Assembly: GCA_020073265.1 (NCBI GenBank)
Contig: JAIQFN010000005.1
Span: 76,110-140,109 of the forward strand
Origin: Terriglobia bacterium
GTDB taxonomy: Bacteria; Acidobacteriota; Terriglobia; Bryobacterales; Bryobacteraceae
Length of the DNA stretch: 64,000 nucleotides
Direction: 5' to 3'
In this document: one piece after another, positions 18,701 through 24,316 of the stretch
Layout: every line of letters starts with the position of its first letter
How positions within the stretch are numbered: the first letter of the stretch is position 1
Position numbers and translations under genes: made by a program
The notes under the pieces: generated by a model
What the model saw: only the letters and a program-made list of their open reading frames with translations
Told to the model about the DNA's origin: nothing
The model's database searches: none

Positions 18701-19196
18701 CGCCGGCTACGGGCAGATCAATTTTCAAATGCCTTACGAGATACCAACTGGTAGCGCAGCCGTAGTAGTGACCGTCAACGGCGTCTCCGCCTTCCCCGCC
18801 ACGGTTCAGGTGACTTCCACCGCACCCGGGATTCTGGTCTATGGCGCCAATCACGCGCTGATCCAGAACCAGGATTACAGCCTCAACCAAGCGGGCGCCG
18901 GCGCCAAAGTGGGGACCTACGTCACCGTCTACGGCGCTGGATTGGGCCAGCTCGATAACGCGATTCCGACCGGAGCGGCCACGCCCAACGATCCATTGTC
19001 GCGCGCGCGAGTGCTACCCACCGCGACCATAGGCGGCGTGGACGCTCCCGTGTCCTTCGCCGGCATGGCGCCTGGCTTCGTCGGCCTGGCTCAAGTGGAT
19101 GTGCAGGTGCCGGACCTGCCCGCCGGAACCTACCCGGTGGTGATCAAGCAGGGAGGGCAAACCAGCAACAGTCCGGTTATGGACGTCACCCGGTAG
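15741..19196 (+). CDS. secreted FG-GAP-like repeat protein (14 repeats) with C-terminal TIGR03437-like Ig module
   Basis: There is no in-frame ATG after the previous gene. TTG 15741 is preceded by ggaagga (TTG 15705 is an alternative). Signal-like LKLSATLSARIPALRFCDGIILFALALGLTA. 14 tandem ~47-aa units (GDxFGxSVSxSGdTAVvGA…QGAAYVFxRSGttWTQQAKLtASD). The tail runs VVNGAGFQ…GLAQVDVQVPDLPAGTYPVVIKQGGQTSN. Confidence 0.85.
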   Translation: MKLSATLSARIPALRFCDGIILFALALGLTAAEPARHHGQRLDVSFAPSETRLQLPFESARNATSLKLLGYGYGDRLLTPEPAQLRSTGNRTEYRRGALTEWYVNDARGLEQGFTLNTRPVPAPGKGPLVIALAVSGGLHPELNSPADVSLLDSSGLAVLRYSDLRSWDAERRPLPARLKVDGRQIRLMVDDSRATYPITIDPLVSPIIFIASDGSSADHFGTSIAVDGNIAVVGAPGHGGGQGEAVVFARSGNTWTQQAVLLASDRARGDQFGVSVSVSGTTAVVGASGRASGQGAAYVFVQSGTTWTQQAELTSSDAAAGDAFGAAVSLSGTTAVIGASSKGSGRGAAYVFAGSGGVWTQQAALSSTDGAAGDAFGFSVSVNGDTAVVGAYAKSNNQGAAYVFVRSAGAWSQQAKLAAIALASDAEFGYSVSVNADTAVVGTRSASFATGNAYVFVRTGTTWNQQAHLTSPGDSGADEFGITVAVNGDTILCAEPFNSQAFGEAYIFVRSGSTWTPQPKLTASDGANGDVFSTALALSADTVMAASPGKTSGQGEAYVFAHTGSAWTQQAILKTAGGSSSDGFGGSVAVSGDTAVIASASQASGQGAVYVFQRAGANWAQQAKLIASDAAAGDNFGTAAIDGDTALIGAPSKGNQGAAYVFIRSGGAWTQQAKLVASDAANNDFFGTSVSIQGDTAVLGANGRSSNQGVAYVFVRSGTTWTQQAKLSASDAGFQGSFGSCVSVSGDTIVVGARSKANFQGGAYVYLRSGTTWTEQSKLAPSDSATGDNFGLSCSLEGDTAIVSAYGKNGAAGAVYAFARSGTTWSQQAKLTASDGATRDIFGYSLSLNDNLALIGAYQHAGQGAAYLFARSGATWTQQLELNAPDAASGDAFGFSVSLYKGTMLAGASGKFAQLGEAYLFPMPFVSTGGVVNGAGFQSPVAQGSLTTIFGNNFSTADTLASQVPFPQSLNGVSVSINNSPAPMQFAGYGQINFQMPYEIPTGSAAVVVTVNGVSAFPATVQVTSTAPGILVYGANHALIQNQDYSLNQAGAGAKVGTYVTVYGAGLGQLDNAIPTGAATPNDPLSRARVLPTATIGGVDAPVSFAGMAPGFVGLAQVDVQVPDLPAGTYPVVIKQGGQTSNSPVMDVTR
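16370..18510 (+). repeat. in-frame tandem coding repeats (~141 nt x 14, diverged)
   Basis: I counted 14 (A/G)DxFG-type units in the translation. Boundaries are approximate. Confidence 0.75.
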
Positions 19197-19251
19197 GATT
19201 CCGGCCGCGAGAACCTAGTACCCATATAGTACTTCGAACGAGCTGCAGGTA

Positions 19252-19280
19252 TTGACTGCGGGAATCCCAAGCCTTATGCT
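19252..19280 (+). promoter_or_regulatory. candidate sigma70-like promoter
   Basis: TTGACT, a 17-nt spacer, then TATGCT, about 45 nt upstream of the PEP-CTERM gene. Promoter consensus for this lineage is unknown to me. Confidence 0.25.
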
Positions 19281-19323
19281 CCAGTAAGCACTGTTTTTTC
19301 AGTGGCTTCGCAAAGAATAACGC

Positions 19324-19995
19324 ATGAAACGCATTGGCCTTGTTCTTCTACCAGTTATAGTACTTTGGCTGACTGCAGCCGCGCGGGCGGATGTCCTGGT
19401 TCTGGATCCCGGCACGGCCCCGAACGACGCGACCAACATTGGCAACGTTGATCGCGGCGATGCATTCGATGTCTTCTCCAACTTCTCGATCAGCTCGGCG
19501 GGAATCTTCTTCGACCCGCTCACCAACGGCGCCACCAACATTACAGTGAACATCTATGCGGTCACACCTGGCGTTGGAACGGACCCCGGAACTGTTGGCT
19601 CGCTGCTTGGAACGGCGTCCGCACCAGTGACCGATGCCGGCTTCACCTTCTATGACGTGCCGATCTCCTTCGATTTCACATCGGGCAACAGGTACTACAT
19701 GGCCTTCACCGCAAATGGAGCCGATGGTTGGGGTTTTGGCCTCAATAACATGCGATTCTTCGAGTTCGATTCCGCCACCAACTCGCCCTTCACGGTAGGA
19801 AGCGTCAGCGTCATAGACGGGGGGTGCTTCGGCACCGACTGTACTGGTTTCGGCAATTTCCTCCTCCCCGAACTTCGGTTGACGACCACATCGACTTCCG
19901 AGGTTCCGGAGCCCTCGAGCGCCTGGCTCTCCATGCTGTTGCTCAGCGGAATCGCTTTCGGCATCTGGCGCCGCAAGACGGCCCAATCTAGATAG
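19324..19995 (+). CDS. PEP-CTERM sorting-domain protein
   Basis: Signal peptide MKRIGLVLLPVIVLWLTAAARA. C-terminus VPEPSSAWLSMLLLSGIAFGIWRRK has the PEP motif, a TM helix and a basic tail. Confidence 0.75.
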   Translation: MKRIGLVLLPVIVLWLTAAARADVLVLDPGTAPNDATNIGNVDRGDAFDVFSNFSISSAGIFFDPLTNGATNITVNIYAVTPGVGTDPGTVGSLLGTASAPVTDAGFTFYDVPISFDFTSGNRYYMAFTANGADGWGFGLNNMRFFEFDSATNSPFTVGSVSVIDGGCFGTDCTGFGNFLLPELRLTTTSTSEVPEPSSAWLSMLLLSGIAFGIWRRKTAQSR

Positions 19996-20082
19996 AGCGG
20001 AAATTTTTCTCACGCGCTTGTCGATTTCCGGTTCGCTGGTTCGTTCCTGGAGTGCAAGAAACAACACCCCAAGGAGAATCCA

Positions 20083-20595
20083 ATGCGAGCACAACTTCTT
20101 TTGATGGCCGGCTGGCTGGCCGTCACCGCCGTTCAAGGCGCGGATCCCAAGTCCGACAACCGCACCGATGCAGCCGCCGCGTTCGCGCGTCTCAAGACGC
20201 TGGTCGGCGAATGGGAAGCTGACACCCAGAAGGGTAAAGATCACCTGAGCTACGAACTGACCGGCGGCGGCACGGCCGTGGTGGAGCGCGAAACCGCCGA
20301 GCAGATGCCCGGCATGCTGACCGTCTATCACCTGGATCGCGACCGCCTGATCCTGACTCATTATTGCATGGCCGGCAACCAGCCGCGCATGCAGGCCCGC
20401 GCGTTCAACCCCGCTAGCGGGGACCTGCAATTCCAGTTCCTCGACATCACCAACCTCTCGTCACCGGGCGCTGGGCACATGCACAACGTGCGCCTGCGGC
20501 TGGTCGACCATGACCACTTCCAGTCCGAGTGGCAGTTCTACGAGGACGGAAAACCCAAGTTCAGCGAGACCGCGACGTACGTTCGGGTACGATAG
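20083..20595 (+). CDS. secreted hypothetical protein
   Basis: RBS aaggag. Signal MRAQLLLMAGWLAVTAVQGA. No confident family; it contains a THYCMAGNQP motif. Confidence 0.6.
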   Translation: MRAQLLLMAGWLAVTAVQGADPKSDNRTDAAAAFARLKTLVGEWEADTQKGKDHLSYELTGGGTAVVERETAEQMPGMLTVYHLDRDRLILTHYCMAGNQPRMQARAFNPASGDLQFQFLDITNLSSPGAGHMHNVRLRLVDHDHFQSEWQFYEDGKPKFSETATYVRVR

Positions 20596-20604
20596 GAGAA
20601 ACCC

Positions 20605-20946
20605 ATGCCACTCTACATGCTCTTACTTCATGGCGATCCAGCGAACTGGATGAATCAAAGCCCCGAGGAAATGCAGAAGGCGATCGAGAAGTACTTCGCC
20701 TGGACCAAGAAACCGTTTACCAAAGACAGCCACCGGCTGGCCGACGATCCCGGGCGGGTGATCCGTCCCGTAAAAGGCGGCCGACCGCGGGTTACCGACG
20801 GCCCGTACAGCGAAACCAAGGAGATCCTGGGCGGATACTACACCATCGAAGCGGCCAGTTACGACGAAGCCGTCAAGCTGGCGCTCGAACATCCGCAACT
20901 GGAGTACGGCGGCACGGTCGAGGTTCGGCACGTTTGGGGGACGTGA
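20605..20946 (+). CDS. YciI/DGPF-domain family protein
   Basis: RBS aggag. MPLYMLLLHGD…RVTDGPYSETKEILGGYYTIEAASYDEAVKLA… matches the YCII-related pattern. Confidence 0.75.
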   Translation: MPLYMLLLHGDPANWMNQSPEEMQKAIEKYFAWTKKPFTKDSHRLADDPGRVIRPVKGGRPRVTDGPYSETKEILGGYYTIEAASYDEAVKLALEHPQLEYGGTVEVRHVWGT

Positions 20947-22202
20947 GCACAGCGCCCGAGACGGGAGTCCTGCTGGAGCACCTGTTCCGGCACCAGGCCG
21001 GCCGGATGGTGGCGCACTTCACGCGGCTGTTCGGCCCGGCGCACCTCGAGCTGGCCGAAGAAACCGTCCAGGAAGCCATGCTGCGCGCGCTCCAGAGCTG
21101 GCCCCAGGCGGGCATTCCGGAGAACGCCGCTGCATGGCTTTTTCGCGTGGCGCACAATGCCGCGCTGGATGCCATCCGCCGCAAACGCGTTCTGGCCGAT
21201 CAGAACGCGGTGGACGAATTCGCCCGCTCCGCTGCCGTGGCGCCGGACGATCCCGCGGTCGAGGAGCAGCTCCGCGACGACGAGCTGCGGATGATCTTCA
21301 TGTGCTGTCACCCCGAGATCTCGCGCGAAGCCAGCGTCGCGCTGAGTTTGAAGACGGTGGGCGGATTCAGCGTGCGCGAGATCGCGCGGGCCTTCCTGGC
21401 GGACGATGCTGCGATCGCGCAGCGGCTGGTGCGCGCGAAAAGGCAGATCCGCGAGCAGCGCCTGACGCTCGAGATGCCGGAAGGCGCGGAGCTGAACCGG
21501 CGGGTTGATTCCGTGCTCGAGGTCATCTACTTCATCTTCAACGAGGGCTACGCCGCGCATGCAGGCCAGGACTTGATCCGGCAGGATCTCTGCGCCGAGG
21601 CGCTGCGCTTAGCTCAACTGGTGGCAGCTTCGTCCATCGCCACGCCGCGAGTACATGCGCTGGTGGCGCTGATGGCGCTGCAAGCGGCGCGACTCCCGGC
21701 GCGCGTCGATGAGGCCGGCGACCTGGTGCTGATCGAATCCCAGGACCGCAACCGCTGGGACCGGCAGCTCATCGGGCTGGGCTTTCGTCACTTCGATTTG
21801 TCCATGGCGGGCGACGAGGTATCCGAATATCACGCGCAGGCCGCGATCGCGGCCACGCACGCGCGCGCCGGCGACGCCGAGTCGATCGATTGGCCCGTGA
21901 TCCTCCGGCTGTACGATCAACTGACGTCCATCAACCCTTCGCCGGTGGTGGCGTTGAATCGCGCGGTGGCGGTGGCGCGGGTGCATGGCGCCTCCCAAGC
22001 GCTGGCTGAGATCGAGGCGCTGGCGAAAGATCCCAAGCTGCGCGACTACTATCTTCTGCTGGCCGTGCGCGGCCATCTGCTTCTGGAACTCGGCCAACCT
22101 GCGGAAGCGGCCCGCGAGTTCCGCGCGGCCCTGTCGCTTCCCTGCTCCGAGCCCGAACGCCGCTTCCTGCGGCGGAAGTTGGATCAATGCGAAGCAGCCT
22201 AG
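20943..22202 (+). CDS. ECF-type RNA polymerase sigma factor with C-terminal TPR-like extension (COG4941-like)
   Basis: GTG start overlapping the previous stop (GTGA). Region 2 WLFRVAHNAALDAIRRKR. Region 4 LKTVGGFSVREIARAFLADDAAIAQRLVRAKRQI. Long helical C-terminal domain. Confidence 0.8.
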   Translation: MSTAPETGVLLEHLFRHQAGRMVAHFTRLFGPAHLELAEETVQEAMLRALQSWPQAGIPENAAAWLFRVAHNAALDAIRRKRVLADQNAVDEFARSAAVAPDDPAVEEQLRDDELRMIFMCCHPEISREASVALSLKTVGGFSVREIARAFLADDAAIAQRLVRAKRQIREQRLTLEMPEGAELNRRVDSVLEVIYFIFNEGYAAHAGQDLIRQDLCAEALRLAQLVAASSIATPRVHALVALMALQAARLPARVDEAGDLVLIESQDRNRWDRQLIGLGFRHFDLSMAGDEVSEYHAQAAIAATHARAGDAESIDWPVILRLYDQLTSINPSPVVALNRAVAVARVHGASQALAEIEALAKDPKLRDYYLLLAVRGHLLLELGQPAEAAREFRAALSLPCSEPERRFLRRKLDQCEAA

Positions 22203-22486
22203 TCGCCCAATAAAGCCTTCACTGCGCCCACCAGGATGCACAGAACCGCGAAGCCGCCGGTCCCATAAAGAACGCACCTCCGCGTGACCAGCAGGATTTC
22301 ACGATAGGTTTGCGCTAGAGCGACACCATCCGGTTGCGGTTCCTGGATCGACGGGGCGGCCTCCTGGTCGTTGTCGATCGTCAGGCCCTCCGCAGCAAGA
22401 AATGCCTGCGGATTGGCATGTTCGACCGCGCCCTTATCGGGTGGAGTGATCTCCGCCGCGCGCTTCGCACCAGTGGACGAGCTCAA
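22199..22486 (-). CDS. hypothetical small protein with C-terminal TM segment
   Basis: 95-aa ORF ending in GGFAVLCILVGAVKALLG. No other support. Confidence 0.35.
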   Translation of the reverse strand: MSSSTGAKRAAEITPPDKGAVEHANPQAFLAAEGLTIDNDQEAAPSIQEPQPDGVALAQTYREILLVTRRCVLYGTGGFAVLCILVGAVKALLGD

Positions 22487-22568
22487 GCATTCTCATATTG
22501 AATGCCGGCGCCGTCAACCGGAATGGGCAACTGAGGACTTTAGTCCCACGTACTGATGCGTTCTTGTA

Positions 22569-24062
22569 CTAGGCGATCTCAGCGGTTCGCTTCCGGCCGT
22601 AGCCGAAATAGACGAACATCCCGATGATGAGCCAGACAAAGAAGCGTATCCAGGTCTCGAGCGGCAGGCTCAGCATCAGAACCAGGCAACAGACAATCGA
22701 GATGCCCGGCAGCAGCGGGACCAGCGGGACCCGGAAGCCACGCGGGCGATTGGGTTGCTTCTTGCGCAACACGATGACGCCGGCCGACACCAGAATGAAA
22801 GCGAACAGCGTGCCGATATTCGACAGGTCGGCGAACCAACTGATGTCGAAAACGCCGGCCGGGATTCCCACCACGAATCCGGCCACCCAGGTGCTCACGT
22901 GCGGCGTCTTGAACTTCGGATGCACTCGCGAGAACAGGTCCGGCAGCAGGCGATCGCGGGACATGGCGAACCAGATGCGGGCCTGGCCGTACTGAAACAC
23001 CAGCAGCGACGACAGCATGCCGAGCAGCGCGCCGGCGGTGACGATCAGCCGGAGCCGGTTCATGCCGATGGCCTTGAGCGCGTTGGCTACAGGCGCGGCG
23101 TTATCGAGTGTCGACCAGTTGGCGATTCCGGTCAGCACCAGCGATACTCCGCCATACAGCAGAGCACAGACGGCCAGCGTCGCAATGATTCCGAGCGGCA
23201 TGTCGCGCTGCGGCCGCCGGCACTCTTCCGCGGCGGTGGATACCGAATCGAACCCGATGTAGGTGAAGAAAACGATCGCGCCGCCGGTCAGCACACCCGA
23301 GTATCCGTTGGGCAGGAACGGATGCCAGTTGGCGGTGTTCACCGCGCGCATAGCTCCGAAGACGAACAGCAGGATGGCCACCACTTTGATCACCACCATG
23401 GTGTTGTTGGTGGTGGCGCTTTCGCGCACGCCCCGTACCAGGATGTAGCTCAGCACCAGCAGCACGATCAGAGCCGGCAGGTTGAACCATGCTCCAGTGC
23501 GCTGGCCTTCCACGAAGATCGGCTGCGACAGCTCTTTCGGCAGATGGAATCCGAACAGGTTGTCGAGAATGTCATTGAAATAGGCGGAGAATCCCACCGC
23601 CACGCTCATGTTCGAGAACGCGTACTCCAGGATCAGGTCCCACCCGATGATCCAGGCGAAGATTTCGCCCAGCGTGGCGTACGAGTAGGTGTAAGCGCTA
23701 CCCGCGATCGGGATCATGGAGGCCAGCTCGGCGTAACAGATGGCCGCGAATCCGCAAGCAATCGCGACCAGCACGAAGGAGATCGAGATGGCCGGCCCGG
23801 CGCCCGCCCGTCCGTTCAAGGTGGCGGCGTTACCTCCGTTCAAGAGCAGATCGAGCAGAGGCGCTTTGAAAATGGACTTGGCGAGAAAATGCTCGCCGGC
23901 CGCCGCGGTTCCGGTGACGGTGAAAATTCCGGAACCGATCACCGCTCCAACGCCCAGTGCGATGAGGCTCCCCACACCCAGCGACTTATGCAGCCGGTGG
24001 TCGGGGTGTTCGGACGAAGCGATCAGCGCGTCGATGCTCTTGGTGCGGAGAAGCGGGCTCAT
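22569..24062 (-). CDS. APC-family amino acid permease (cationic amino acid transporter-like)
   Basis: MSPLLRTKSIDALI…LIALGVGAVIGSGIFTVTG…; about 12-14 TM segments. Start at Met27 of the track ORF; upstream of that lies the repeat-rich leader. Confidence 0.9.
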   Translation of the reverse strand: MSPLLRTKSIDALIASSEHPDHRLHKSLGVGSLIALGVGAVIGSGIFTVTGTAAAGEHFLAKSIFKAPLLDLLLNGGNAATLNGRAGAGPAISISFVLVAIACGFAAICYAELASMIPIAGSAYTYSYATLGEIFAWIIGWDLILEYAFSNMSVAVGFSAYFNDILDNLFGFHLPKELSQPIFVEGQRTGAWFNLPALIVLLVLSYILVRGVRESATTNNTMVVIKVVAILLFVFGAMRAVNTANWHPFLPNGYSGVLTGGAIVFFTYIGFDSVSTAAEECRRPQRDMPLGIIATLAVCALLYGGVSLVLTGIANWSTLDNAAPVANALKAIGMNRLRLIVTAGALLGMLSSLLVFQYGQARIWFAMSRDRLLPDLFSRVHPKFKTPHVSTWVAGFVVGIPAGVFDISWFADLSNIGTLFAFILVSAGVIVLRKKQPNRPRGFRVPLVPLLPGISIVCCLVLMLSLPLETWIRFFVWLIIGMFVYFGYGRKRTAEIA

Positions 24063-24068
24063 GAATCC

Positions 24069-24148
24069 GTTTCTCGTTTCTGGTTTCTCGTTTCTAGTTT
24101 CTCGTTGCCGCGCTGGGCGGCAAGCCAAAAAACGTAGCAACGAGAAAC
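24069..24148 (-). promoter_or_regulatory. structured 5' leader: three tandem 14-nt repeats plus inverted copy
   Basis: Units at 24069-24082, 24083-24096 and 24097-24110 (GTTTCTCGTTTCTG / …A / GTTTCTCGTTGCCG). Perfect 12-nt complement at 24137-24148. Competing 7-bp hairpin TTGCCGC-gctgg-GCGGCAA at 24105-24123. Confidence 0.35.
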
Positions 24149-24157
24149 CAGCAACGA

Positions 24158-24316
24158 TTACCGCTTCGCTTGACCCTTCACCATGTGCCTGACCTTTTTC
24201 TTCATCGAACCGCGCGCCACTCCGGAGGCCCGCTTGGGCTTGGGCGCCGCCTTCTTGCGGGACGCGCGTTTCAGCTTCTTACGTTCTACTTTGTCAGTTG
24301 TGTTTTTAGTGTTCAT
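24158..24316 (-). CDS. unannotated 52-aa highly basic small protein
   Basis: Hand translation: MNTKNTTDKVERKKLKRASRKKAAPKPKRASGVARGSMKKKVRHMVKGQAKR* (21 of 52 residues are K or R). Its ATG overlaps the uvrD stop (ATGA at 24313-24316). It is below the 60-aa cutoff of the ORF track. Confidence 0.45.
   Translation of the reverse strand: MNTKNTTDKVERKKLKRASRKKAAPKPKRASGVARGSMKKKVRHMVKGQAKR

Noticed and set aside
24105-24123. Hairpin TTGCCGC-gctgg-GCGGCAA next to an A6/T6 run, considered as an intrinsic terminator between the small basic ORF and the permease gene.
   Set aside because: On the minus-strand transcript the U-run precedes the stem rather than following it. On the plus strand it is an A-run. 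It was kept only as part of the structured-leader observation.
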